64,000 nucleotides of DNA, taken from Eledone cirrhosa. Taxonomy: Eukaryota. Of the stretch, positions 40,715 through 53,580 are shown in pieces. Location: positions 293,322,001-293,386,000 of the forward strand of contig OZ024741.1 of NCBI GenBank assembly GCA_964016885.1. Reading direction: 5' to 3'. The translations under genes and the position numbers were made by a program. The notes beneath the pieces were generated by a model that ran no database searches, was not told the origin of the DNA, and saw only the letters and a list, made by a program, of their open reading frames with translations. Within the stretch, counting starts at the first letter, position 1, and the number at the start of each line of letters is the position of its first letter.

Positions 40715-42910
40715 ATCATCATCATCATCATCATCATCAACGTTTAACGTCCGTGTTCCACGCTTGCATGGGTTTGGACGGGGGTAGTCCCACTTGAGGC
40801 AAGAGTGATTGTCTTGCTCGCATAGGACTGTCTGGCAGGTTTTCTACAGTTGGATGCCCTTCCTAACACCAACCACATTTACAGTGTGGGTCTGGGAGGT
40901 TTTTACCGTGTTGCCTACACGGCCACATTACAGCGTGGACTGTGTGTTTTTTTGTCGTGACACCTACACGATCTCATTTGTTTCGGCCTCGATGGCGCGG
41001 CACCAACATAACTTTACATAGAACGGGGTGGTGTGGATCGGGTGGGGGTGGTGGGACGGGGTGTATTTGTTAGAGATGCCTACTGGCTGGAGTAGGTTTT
41101 ACTATATATTTAGGTAAGGCGGGTCTTCTCTGTTACTGAGTACCGCCAAAGGTCTCGGTCCAGTGACATTGTCTTGGAGAGGTGTAAGTGTGTGATGTCG
41201 GAGTTTATCAGCTCGTCCCAGGTTTTTCTAGGTCTGCCTATTCCGTGACTACCGTCTATCTTTATTGCCCTGCACTTTGTTATACAGCTATCGACTTTCA
41301 TGCGCATCACGTGTCCATACCAACGTAGCCTTCTCTCGAGTAAACAACATCTGATCCCTCTTATCTCTAATTTATTCCTTAGTTCGTTTATGCTTTGCCG
41401 TTCACGTATATTACTGTTACACATCCAGCGGAGCATGCAAGCTTCGTTCCTCTCTAGTCTGCGTATATCCTCTGCACACGATGCCCAGGTCTCACTGCCA
41501 TGCAGCATTGCTGTTCGTATGCAGGCATCGTACAACCTGCCTTTCATTTTTAGTGAGAACCCTTTAGCAGCTAATAGTGGTATAAGCTCTCTGAACTTTT
41601 TCCAACCAGTTCTGACTCTAGCTACAGTACTTTCAGAGCACCCTCCCCCACTGCTGATTTTATCGCCCAGGTAACGGAAGCTGTCCACTATTTCTATAGA
41701 ACCCTCTGCGCAATTGAAAGAGCTAGTAGTTTGTGGGCACTTGCTGCTACTTATTGCACCAGAGCACCGGCCACATGTAAAATCTATGTTCTTAGTTAGC
41801 CTACCTGTGATCCCACTACATCTTTTATGCACCCATACTTTGCATTTAGGACATAAAATGGAGTTTCTACCTACGCCTTTCCTACACACCGAGCACGACC
41901 ATTTCCCAGAAGGGACCGCCGCCTTGTTTTCTTTCCTACAAACTAGTACTTTGGTCTTAGCCAGGTTAATTTTAAGTCCTTTTGACTCTAGGCCGTGCTT
42001 CCATGTTTGGAATTTCTTCTCTAGCTCGGCCATTGATTCCGCTATGAGTGTCAGGTCGTCTGCGTATAGGAGTTCCCATGGGCAGCCTGTCTTGAACTCC
42101 TCTGTTATGGCCTGAAGGGCAATAATAAATAGTAGTGGACTGAGAACAGAGCCCTGATGGACGCCGACTTTTACGCTAAACTCTTCACTATATTCGTTGT
42201 TAATTCTAACCTTGCTGACTGTTTCTTTATACATGGCTTGTATAGCCCTCACAAGCCATTCGTCAACGCCTAGTTTTCTAAGAGCCCACCAGATAATGGA
42301 GCGGGGGACTCTGTCGAAGGCTTTCTCCAAGTCGACAAAAGCTAAGTAGAGGGGTTTACCTTTAGCTAGGTACTTCTCTTGTAGTTGTCGTACTATGAAA
42401 AGAGCGTCTGTGGTACTTTTGCCTGACACAAACCCGAACTGCATTTCATCTAGGTCAATTCTCTCTCTGATTAGTTGCGCTATTACTCTTTCCGTGACCT
42501 TCATGACCTGGTCGATTAATTTAATGCCTCTATAGTTACTCCTATCTAGGGCGTCTCCTTTACCCTTATAACAGTTAACGATGATGCTGCTATGCCAGTC
42601 CTTCGGAACAACCCCGTTTTGTACGACTTGGTTAACTATGCGGGTGACCATGGTGTGTCCCACCGTGCCAGATGCCTTCAGCATCTCAGCAACTATTTCC
42701 GAAGGCCCAGCCGCCTTACCAGTCTTCATAACCTTGATTGCCTTACTTATTATACTCCCCTCGACTAACACTGCTGGTCCCTCTATTGGGTCGATATGGG
42801 GGAGACTGCCTTTCTCCCAATTATTCTCCTCATTTAGAAGCCTTTCATAGTGACACTTCCAAGCTACCTTCTTATCAGCGTCGGTGATGGCAAGTGTGCC
42901 ATCGTCGTTT
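40715..42910 (-). mobile_element. Young 5'-truncated RTE-clade LINE (subfamily A) inserted in a (TA)n satellite
   Basis: Open RT ORF, 3' UTR with short tandem units, (GAT)n tail and (TA)n on both flanks. Confidence 0.96.
41110..42909 (-). CDS. RTE reverse transcriptase (5'-truncated ORF) with an internal PHD-like C4HC3 finger
   Basis: [53 protein letters not shown] and RRLRWYGHV. The frame stays open upstream of 42771 to the truncation point ([10 protein letters not shown]...), so the listed start is not a real start codon. Confidence 0.95.
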   Translation of the reverse strand, partial: NDDGTLAITDADKKVAWKCHYERLLNEENNWEKGSLPHIDPIEGPAVLVEGSIISKAIKVMKTGKAAGPSEIVAEMLKASGTVGHTMVTRIVNQVVQNGVVPKDWHSSIIVNCYKGKGDALDRSNYRGIKLIDQVMKVTERVIAQLIRERIDLDEMQFGFVSGKSTTDALFIVRQLQEKYLAKGKPLYLAFVDLEKAFDRVPRSIIWWALRKLGVDEWLVRAIQAMYKETVSKVRINNEYSEEFSVKVGVHQGSVLSPLLFIIALQAITEEFKTGCPWELLYADDLTLIAESMAELEKKFQTWKHGLESKGLKINLAKTKVLVCRKENKAAVPSGKWSCSVCRKGVGRNSILCPKCKVWVHKRCSGITGRLTKNIDFTCGRCSGAISSSKCPQTTSSFNCAEGSIEIVDSFRYLGDKISSGGGCSESTVARVRTGWKKFRELIPLLAAKGFSLKMKGRLYDACIRTAMLHGSETWASCAEDIRRLERNEACMLRWMCNSNIRERQSINELRNKLEIRGIRCCLLERRLRWYGHVMRMKVDSCITKCRAIKIDGSHGIGRPRKTWDELINSDITHLHLSKTMSLDRDLWRYSVTEKTRLT

Positions 42911-43013
42911 ATATATATATATATAGGTATATATATATATAGATATGTTTATATCGGTATGTATATATATGTATATATATATATATAGGTACAGGTATGT
43001 ATATATATATATA

Positions 43014-43073
<60 letters not shown>

Positions 43074-43115
43074 TATATATATATAGAGAGAGAGAGATAT
43101 GTATATATAGGTATG

Positions 43116-43149
<34 letters not shown>

Positions 43150-43151
43150 GG

Positions 43152-43183
<32 letters not shown>

Positions 43184-43241
43184 AAGAGAGAGATATGTAT
43201 ATATCGGTATGTATATATATATATATGTATATATATATGTC

Positions 43242-43279
<38 letters not shown>

Positions 43280-44767
43280 AATATATGTATATATATATAG
43301 GTATGTATATATATAGGTATGTATATATAGGTATGTATATATATGGATGTATATATATGGATGTATATATATGTGTATATGACTGTATATATATGTATAT
43401 ATATATATTTTCTTTCCTCAATCAATAAGAAATCGGTTTTATTATTAATACTATACTTTATTATTTTCAATATATTATTATTATTATTATTACCATTGCT
43501 GTTATTTTTAATTTCATCAAAAGCAATAAATCTTTATAAAAGAATTCAAAAAAGTGTTTTTCTTGCCATTATATAGCAAGTTCAAGAATAGGTCATACTG
43601 TTAATGGAATGATAAAGAGGTTAATTTATAGTATTTAACTTCAATAGTCACGATTCAATTTATATACATATCATCATCATCCTCATCATAAAAGTCTGTT
43701 ATTTCTGATAGCAAGGGCTGAAAGAGTCTTCACAGACCATGTAAGTACTCAGGCAGGGCTACTTGGCTTAGATGGGCTGGGGAGCCTGATTTCGCTTACA
43801 CACAGCCCCACTCTCTGCTGAATGATATCAGCACCAAGTAGTTTGTCATGTCTTTGACACAACTGAAGAGTCCTCCTAACCCTTTGATTATCATGATTTC
43901 TGTGGTTGGATGTCCTTCCTTCACCAGCCACTTTATAGCATGTACTGGGTGTGTTTATTGTTTTGATCACCAACACTAGGAAGATTGTCATGTCTTTGAC
44001 ACAACTGAAGGATCCTCCAGACCTTTTGATTAGCAATGTTGGATGCTGTTCATATCACCAACCACTTTACAAAGTGTACTCTACAATATTATAGATATTT
44101 GGTAAGTGTGGTGGAATTTGACAGGGTATAAGAGGGAGGGGAGTCCTCCGATATCATGGGGGAATATTCATAGCAGTGGGGATGTAGTGATGGTGAGAAT
44201 AGTAGTGGATAATTAGAAAGAAGAAATATAGGTTTACAAGATGTAATAGAGATGGAATGTGATGAAATCACAAAGGCATATTACTTCGAAGGATTTAGAA
44301 AACAATAATAATGATATCATCATCATTTAGTGTCCATTTTCCATGCTAGCATGGGTTAGATCAGTTGCCCCATTGTGAGACAAGCCAGGTCTGATGCCCA
44401 TGTCTTGTTTATACAGAACTGGTTTTGGCTTAGTTTCTATGGCTCGATGCCCTTCCTAACACCAACCACTTAATAAAAAGAAATCTAGAGCTGATGTATA
44501 TAGCACCATGGATAGAGAAGTACTTCAAATGGACTACATTGCTATGTAATAATTCTTCTATTAACAAAATATTCATTGACTGATTCTATATCCATACATA
44601 TTTATCTATCCATAGTTCCATTAAATATAGCAGATTTCCTAACTATGCAGGTATGCCTCTGTGTGTGCATGTGTATATGTATTTATCTAAATATCCCAAT
44701 ATATATATATGTATGTGTATATATATGTGTATGTATGTGTGTATATATATATATATGTATATATATG

Positions 44768-44834
<67 letters not shown>

Positions 44835-44920
44835 ATGTATAATATTAGGTGGTTCAGTAGATTCGTGATTTACTGAGGCGAGTACCAAAATCAGCACTCT
44901 ATGCTAGGGTAGAGTGTATA

Positions 44921-45218
44921 TATTGAAAACAAAATGAGGTTTCACATTAAGGTTCTTCTTGATTATACATAATTATGGCTGTTTGAGATGGGTGGCTCAG
45001 GATCTATATCAAAGCTATAGACCCAACTCCAGTCCAATCTGCTCTTCTGACTCTAGAGTTAAATGAGATTTCAGCTTCACTTCATTAACAGGTCAGATGA
45101 GCAGATCAGGGTGGAATCGGGTCTATAGCTTTTATATAGATCCTGAGCCACCCATCTGTGAAACAGTCATAACTATGTATAATCAATAAAGACCTTAATG
45201 GGAAATTTGTTTTCAATA
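44921..45218. repeat. ~300-bp palindromic element flanked by TA
   Basis: tattgaaaacaaa..cattaaggt..ttgattataca..agatgggtggctcaggatctata..aaagctatagaccc..atctgctc.tctgac pairs with the right arm over ~130 bp. Confidence 0.9.
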
Positions 45219-47098
45219 TATATATATATATAAGTTTGTTATTTAACCTGATTGTATTTTCTTTGTTGTGGCGGCTTATGTGGCTATGTCCCCCTAGCTA
45301 CAGTTTTCAATTTCTCACTCTATTTAATGTATGTTACTTACTCTAAGGTGTAGCTTATCGATTTATCGATACATTCTTATTGAGTGCTTCGTGCAAACCC
45401 CAATTGTTACTTCATTTGGCTGACTGCCATAACTTCGATTTTACTAACCTTCCACTTGTATATATATATATATCAGAGATTCATTATCAAACACCTGACT
45501 ATGCTCTCCAGATATCAATTTGAGAATATTTAAATGTCTCTCACTCAATCAACAAGTCAACAAAGGAATATGAACCACAACCAAGACTTTTGGCTTTAAT
45601 TGTACCATTTGCTGTTGTAAATCAAGAAAATTATATATCTAAAATGTTCCCTTGATGATTTCTTCCGGGATATTCACTTGTCCCAAAGACAGAATTTTAC
45701 TCAAGAGATCTATAAAATTTCTCTCACTATAAAATTTCGTATTTGACTCAATGTTGTGTGATAAAGATGTCAATATTTCTGCATTTCTCTGTAAAAACCC
45801 CAAAGGAAAATGAATTTTGATATACTTTTGATAGATGAGATTTTCATTGTCATTTGAGCAAAAGATTGTGCTAATGTATGGTTGTGTGGTGAAGTAGTTT
45901 GCTATGCAACCACTTCGTCAACAGTTCTCTACTACTGCCTCATACCTTGGACAAGTGTCTTCTACTATACTCATACTATAGTTTTCTGTTCTTCTTTTCA
46001 TGTATGATAGTCTCCAATTTCGTTCCATAGGATGAAAGCATGGACTAATGGTTAGGATGCTTGATGTACAATTGTAATGTCATTGTTTCAATTCATGAAT
46101 TGTGTTCTTTAACAAAACACTGAATTTCTTTATTTCATGTTGTTCCAGTACACTCAGCTGAGATGAGTACTAACTGTAGCTGGGGAGTTAAACCTGCGAT
46201 AGATTGGCATCCTATCCAGGAAGAATCTTGTACACTGTTGCTTAATGCTAAGGAAAACTGGGATAAGCACTTGGCTGATGAGTCTCTGGCTTATCCAATT
46301 GAAACTTGGTATTTGTCAATAACTGTGAAACAAGGACAAGCTCCTTAAATTTCCTGCTAAATTAAACTACCAAAGAAAAAGCTAATATTTGATTTGTTAA
46401 CTTGTTTTCTTTAAGGAAATAATACTTTAAAAGTTATGATTATTTAACTGCCTTAACCATAACATACTGTATGGGGGGACCTCGTGAAATTCGATCAAGG
46501 AAATTGGTCTTTCCATTACTGGAATTACCTACCAGCTGCAACACCTGGCATAAAGAGTAATGTGAAATAAAGTGTCATGCTCAAGGTCGTAACCCATTCT
46601 GAATCAAATCCTGTAATCACTAAGCCATGTGCCTTCACATTGGTTCTGTCAAATATAAAGAGGAATGCGTTCACTTATACACCTTGTTAAGTGGTTGGCA
46701 CTAGGAAAGGCATCAAACTGTAGCAACCATGTCATAATTTTGAATGTAAATATGAGCAAGATATGTCTTGGAGGGCATTAATTCTAAATAAGAACTGACT
46801 GAAACTGTAACAAGTCCAAATTATATCAGCTTAAAAGAAAATACATAATGTTGATGATGTGTATAAAATAAATTGTCTTTCGTTTCATAGTTTATCATAG
46901 TCTTATGAATAATATAAATGTTGTGTCTATAATAAATTATGTCTCTAATTTCATTCTGTAGTTTACCAATTAATTGTCTTACAGAATAATATATGTTATG
47001 TGAATAATAGATTATATCTCTGATTTCGTTCCATAGTTATATTGTGATATAGTTAGAATCAAAATAAGGTTATAGATTTTCATATATATATATATATA

Positions 47099-47454
47099 CG
47101 TTGGATGTGCAGTGTAAATGTGCATGAACGACCCAGCATGAATGTGTTGAGAGAGAAACTGTGTCTGAGAGGGATAGAATGTAGTGTACGGGAGAGGAGA
47201 CTGAGGTGGTATGGACATGTGATGTGCATGGAGGATGACCGATGGGTGAAGAAGTGCCAGGAAATGACAGTTGAGGGAAGACGTGATAGAGGTAGACCAC
47301 GAAAAACATGGGCGGAGGTGGTGAGAACAGACCTCAGATAGTTGAAGCTCACGGTGGAGATGATGAAGGACCGTGACGAGTGGAGAGATGCTGTGCTGAA
47401 TAAGACCCGTCCCACCCTTGCGAGCAGGGAAGAGCGGACGTAAAATGATGATGA

Positions 47455-47458
<4 letters not shown>
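47099..47458 (+). mobile_element. RTE LINE 3' fragment (subfamily B, almost no 3' UTR) in (TA)n
   Basis: [28 protein letters not shown], ending cccgtcccacccttgcgagcagggaagagcggacgtaaaa(tga)n. Confidence 0.92.
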
Positions 47459-47499
<41 letters not shown>

Positions 47500-47531
47500 A
47501 ATAACAGGAGGCTGGACTTAAAAGATTTATT

Positions 47532-47589
47532 ATACTATGATCATTTCAATGACCGGGTTCAGTATAAATCCGATGACATCATCAGGTAT
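47532..47589 (-). ncRNA. Type I minimal hammerhead ribozyme candidate (Penelope-like)
   Basis: Minus strand atac-CTGATGA-[imperfect stem II]-GAAA-TGATCA-TA-gtat. Stem I is atac/gtat, stem III is palindromic, and the cleavage triplet is AUA. Confidence 0.55.
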
Positions 47590-47776
47590 TCGATGTTATT
47601 TTATAATAATTAACTCTGTACTCGCACCACCAACAACACAAACGAAGACGGGTGAGTTGCATTACGTCGAGTGCTCTCCATAATATTACATCGAGGTTGA
47701 CCATACGGAATGACCAGTTCTATCCAGTGGTGAGCCAATAAACCTAAATAAATAAATACATATATATATATATATA

Positions 47777-48169
47777 TCATCATTTCATCATCATTTCATT
47801 TTACGTCCACTTTTCCCTGCTTGCAAGGGTGGGACGGGAACTGATTCTGGCTTGATTTCTACAGCTGGATGCCCTTCCTAACACCAACCTCATTTACAGT
47901 GAGTGCTGGGTGCTTTTTTTCCGTGGCGCCTACACGTCCACTTTACAGTGAGTGCTGGGTGCTTTTTTGCCGTGGCACCTCCATGACCGCTTTACAGTGG
48001 AATGATATGGATCCCAGTCCCTATAATCTCATTTCTACAGCTGAGTAAACTGGAGCAACATGAAATAAAGTGTCTTGCTCAAGGAAACAACACATCACCC
48101 GGTCTGAGAATTGAACTCACAACCTTTTGATTGCAAGGCCAATGCTCTAACCACTAAGCCATGTGCCTC

Positions 48170-48171
<2 letters not shown>
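47777..48171 (-). mobile_element. Full-length tRNA CORE-SINE with RTE tail in (TA)n
   Basis: Complete head, CORE-like block, duplicated ~43-bp RTE UTR unit and tail. Confidence 0.9.
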
Positions 48172-48242
<71 letters not shown>

Positions 48243-48249
<7 letters not shown>

Positions 48250-48658
48250 TCAAGCATAGGAAATAACTACAAGTACAGTCAGTTGCTATAAAATAGCTTA
48301 TAAAAATAGAGTAAAGACCATTAGAGACATAAAAAGTTGCTACAAGATGCTCAAAGGATTAAATCTCATTTCTCTCAGATACTGGCTGAGTGCTCACGCC
48401 ATTAAGCTAAGGGATCTTTGTTTATATTCACAAAAGCTGTTTGATTCAACCCCTTAATTTAGATGGTAAGATGTCGTCTGAGGTCCCTTAGCTCAATGGT
48501 GAGAGCACTCTGCTGGTATCTGAGAGACACAAGGTTCAATCATTTGTAGCATCTGGTGGCAACATCTTTTCTGACTCTAAGTGTCTTTACCCTATTTTTA
48601 TAAGCTATTTTATAGTAACTGACTGTACTTAAAGTTATTTTCTATGCTTGAACATCCT
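48243..48658. repeat. 416-bp palindromic element with a tRNA-like sequence in each arm
   Basis: Arms aggatgttcaagcatag...ataaaatagcttataaaaatag / ctatttttataagctattttat...ctatgcttgaacatcct. The inner arms contain tagctcaatggtgagagca...ggttcaatc. Confidence 0.9.
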
Positions 48659-49661
48659 ACATCTTCTATAAATTTATTATTCCCTCAGTATTTTGTAAGT
48701 TCGAAAGTTTGAGCTTGCACTCAATGTTTGTTTACACAGACACACACATATACACAAATATATATGCACACACGCAAACATATATAAATACTACATATGT
48801 AAATTTTTCATAGATGTGTATTTTATTTAAATAAATATAATATGACCTTTATAAACATAGAATAAATCTATACAATAAACATGTCAAATAATCTGAATTA
48901 TGAAGTATAATTAATATCTTTCTTATTGGTTACAAATATATCGTTTTATATATATTTTTATTGATACATTAATATATTATTGTTTCTTGCATTACATCAC
49001 CTAATTGTTATCATCATTGATAAGGCCAGAAGCTCACTGTAAACACATAGTATTAAAATAATATTTAGCAAGAACAAACATCTCTTTCGATACACATGTA
49101 GATCTTTCTACAATGTATCATATTTTCTTATTGCTTAGTCAAAAGAAAGGGCAGTGCTCTGAACCTTTTCAGGGGGCTCCAAAATTGTGGGCTGGTAGAA
49201 GGGTGGGAATAATCTTCCAACCACAGAAAACCTGGTCTGGATGTTGCAACAGAGTGGATTCTACTAAAGGCACCCATGAGCCAGAACAAACACCTTTCAG
49301 TGGGATTGACAAATGGTATCACTTTCACATTACCCTCTCGCATTACAAATGATCTTTCCATCTCCACTTTCTATTCAGAGTACTTCTTTTTTCCAACCTC
49401 TTTACTTGCAATATTCATGGCATTTGGTGTGGCATAGTTTTTTATCTGACAGTATTTGTCTGTCTTGTTCAATACGGCAATGTCTGATCAATGATACTCA
49501 ATTATTCTATCAGTCTGAAAATCATGATCATAGAATATTGTTGCTTTTCCATCCTCCTGCATTAGCTTATAAGGCATATGCTCATACCAATTCTCTATCA
49601 CTTTATATTGGTATTTACAACATAACAGTCAATGAAGGTACAGACTTTATCATGGAAACAC

Positions 49662-49710
<49 letters not shown>

Positions 49711-49712
<2 letters not shown>

Positions 49713-49915
49713 GGTGGTGGATTGGCAGTATCAGTGGAGAGTTGGATGCCATTCTTTGCAGCATAGAGTTACGGCTCTTTACGGCTCTTTACGGTCTGAG
49801 TTCAAATCCCGCTGAGGTTAATTTTGCCTTTCGTTCTTACGGGGTCGATAAAATAAAGTACCAGTAATGCACTGGGGTAATTGCTGGCCTTGTGCCAAAA
49901 GTAGAAACAATTATC
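49711..49915 (+). mobile_element. Full-length Meta-domain SINE following (ATT)n
   Basis: Head, Meta-like core and tail. Further copies at ~30372-30545, 34618-34713, 50946-51052, 53818-54040, 57045-57220 and 57345-57545. Confidence 0.88.
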
Positions 49916-50601
49916 ATTACATGAAAATAACAGCATTATGGAAGTGTCATAGGTTTTAAGGAATTTCTTTTAAGTACATTAATAAAGAAGTTAAGTTCAA
50001 TTTACCACTTTCTCTTTCATCCTTTATTTAATTAATCAGATATATTTTCACATTTTAATTTCCAACTATGAATTGTGAGTCTCTTCTCAGTATTCATATA
50101 CAAATCTATATTTGTGTATGTGTGTGTGTATATATATATAATATGTGTGTGTGTGTGCGAGTATGTATATATGTATTCTTTTTATATATAATTTATATAC
50201 ATGTGTGTGTGAAAAGTAATCTTGATAGTAAAAAACCCTCAATACATGAATGTAGGGCTTGATATTTGATGGGTTCATGTTTATTAATAATCATCAGCAA
50301 AGGTGACATGTAACTTTGTACATATGTTTGTATCCATGTGTATAAATGTATATGTAAGTATGTATGTATATATGTGTATATATGTAAGAAAGAATGTATG
50401 CATGTGTTTATGTATGTATGTTTGTGTATGTATGTAAGCAAGTATGTACATATGATTGTATGTGATTAATTAAACAGAAAAAACAAACATTGAATAATAA
50501 TTATTTGCCACCAAATTATAATTTCTTGTGAAAACATCTTATTTCTGTTAGGCTTCTGTTTAATTTTCTTGATTTTATCGATTTATTGGATTTGAATACA
50601 C

Positions 50602-50658
<57 letters not shown>

Positions 50659-53140
50659 CATATGTTTGGTAATATTTGAATCCTTCATATGCACTATATG
50701 ACATATCCCTCTGGAGCATGAAATAAAAATTATTGGGTTTTCTTTCCAGCCTGGTTTTGCACAAAGCAAGAATGTTACTGCTCTTCTTATGTTTATGCCA
50801 GGGAGGGCAGCAGACTGGCAGGGATGTTAGTTCATCAGACATAATGCTTAGCGGTGTTTCTTCAAGTTGTTATATATCGATTGAGAAGGGACGGGGCCAT
50901 CGCCGAGCGGTGGTTCATTTATCTGGTGCGAAGTGTGCAGTGCATGTCGAGGTTAACTTTACCTTTCATCCTTACGGGGTCAATAAAATAAAGTACCAGT
51001 AATGTATTGGGTAATTGTTGGCTCTGTGCCAAAAGTAGAAACAATTATTATATGTTTGTAACATATTTTTATTATTTTTATTTTATTCCCTTATTGGCTA
51101 GATTGTAGTTAGGATTCGTTTTTATTTTGTATTTAAATTCCTGTACCCCTTTACATTTCATCACCCCTGCATTCTTGTATTACCTTATCTCCTTATTGAT
51201 TTCTTTAAACAATGTTTGTATGTGTTACATATAGTCATGAAAATACTATTGCATTGTTGTTTTCTTGCTTTTCTCTCTTTGCGTGTCTGCATATCTACAT
51301 GTGTGTATATTCCTATGTATGTTGGAGTGTGGCCATAGTTGTGTTGTCTCAAAAGCAGGAGTAATATAGACATAGTCACAGGTTAGCTTCTGTTTTACTT
51401 AAGTATTTATGTAACTCAAGGGTCAGATCAATAGAGAAATAAGTATTCTGACCAAAATGAGTAATGGTTTATATATACACACAGACACACGCATACATAT
51501 ATGTGCGTGTGATCTATCTATCTCAATATACACAGTATATGTATATATATATATATTTATTTATACACACACACCACTTCTGTCTGTCAATCATCTCCGC
51601 CAAGTGCTGTTAGACATCTCACTTGCATGTGTGTGCATTATTACATTTGAGACAGTACAGCTGCTGCTGTTGCTGCTGCAGAAACAAACTTTCTAGATGG
51701 CAGGCTGCATGATTGACATCATGCTACAACTGTTAGTTTCCGTCCTTACTACTTTGAACCCTGAAAACCTTGTTGAATTACAGAGATGTTATTGTGTCAT
51801 CTTGAACATTTCAAACCTAGAGAAGTCCATCGCTCTCCAGGTTCGACCATAGCTGATTTCTTCCATGTGGAGAATGTGGGAGAAATGTCGACCTCAATTC
51901 ACAATCTTTATTTTATCAACCCTGAATTGCCAGTTGCTAGAGCATTAACCCCCCAAAGTTTTAGACTATCAACACCTTTCATGGAATCCTTGATCCCTTA
52001 CCAACTACCAGGCATGTACATCAACAAGTAAATAAATAAATCAGTGAACAACATTTAAAAGAAACAAAAACTAATTACATATAAATCAGAAACCTGTATA
52101 AGTAACTTGTATTTTAAAGTATTATTTTTTATATTATTTCTTATAAAAATGTCAGATTTTGACCAAAAATTTCAATTGACTCACTGTGTAAAACTACCAA
52201 CACTCAGAGGTTTATATCAACTATTTTGGAGACCCCTGTACTAGAGTGTCAGATTATATTGCAATATTTCTTTTGATTTTCTGCACTCTGAATTCAAATT
52301 CTGCAGATCTCTATTTTACCTTTCAGGATCAATAAAAAAAAATGTTTTTAAATGCCAGCCAAGTACTTGTGCATCCCTCCTCCAATAAGTTGTCACACAT
52401 TGGATGATCTACTGAGTCAATGGTAACTGCTTGCTCTTGGCCACAGACACCCCAAATCATAAGTGAAGGCATTTTCTGACATCAACCCCTTTAGTCACCC
52501 CTTATGATATTTTGGGATACAGTATACCTCAGTTAAAACTTGCTATATACATAAATATACCAGTATATAGACAGATTATATGGTTATACACTTAAGCATG
52601 TTTACAGATGAATATACCAGTATACACATGATCTGGCCAGACAAACTAGTATACACAGAAATAAATTACTTTACATGCAGATTAACCTGTATACAATTAG
52701 ATATAACAGTATACATAGAGATAAAATGGTACACATATAAATAGAAAAGCTAGATATAGGAAAAATACACACATAAAGTACACACAAACCTATAATCGAA
52801 ACAGACTACAAATTTCTTCATATACACACACATACATATATTGACATATTCCAACAATTTTACTGTATTTGAGAAACATGATACATCTTTACTTAACATA
52901 TTTCTCATCTAATCTATTTTTATGTAAAGCAATATATTCATGAAAATGATGTTTTTGATGATAATGATAGTAATAAAGAAGTTGGAGGAGCTGAATCTAT
53001 AATATAAGCTTTTATCCATATTAATATCGTTATCAATATCATGTTTTATATCTCTATGGACAGTGAGAGATATTCAAGGATGAAAACACACACACACAAA
53101 CATGCTTTTGTTGTACTTGTCTTTGTCTATTTTCCTTCCT

Positions 53141-53257
<117 letters not shown>

Positions 53258-53580
53258 ATATATATATATATATAGTAAGAGTTAGTGCCTGACAGCTGAG
53301 CTCTTGCTGTTCCAACAGCCAATGGATGACTGAATTTTTGCAATTTTAGCTATTTTCTGAAATCTGTTTCTTCAGCGGGTAGGGCCTTAACTCAATTGAC
53401 ATATGGGTGAAGTAGTGGTTGGAGCAGGAGAGGGGAAAGTTACAGAGTAAATTTTGGGGGGTGGAGGAATAAGAGTGTTACTAACGAAGCATTTTTGATC
53501 ATAGTGGTGCGTATGAAAGCGTATACACTGTTTATGTATAATAAACATACAAGAGACTTGCTATGAAATTTAAAAAAGTT

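Noticed and set aside
41300-42850. Plus-strand ORFs overlapping the RT
   Set aside because: Antisense shadows of the RTE ORF.
48482-48553. Possible genuine tRNA gene (also the SINE heads)
   Set aside because: Acceptor and T stems do not pair properly, so these are tRNA-derived repeats rather than functional tRNAs.
49113-49367. Overlapping 79-aa ORFs in unique sequence
   Set aside because: No recognisable homology or splice signals, and the length is within chance expectation.
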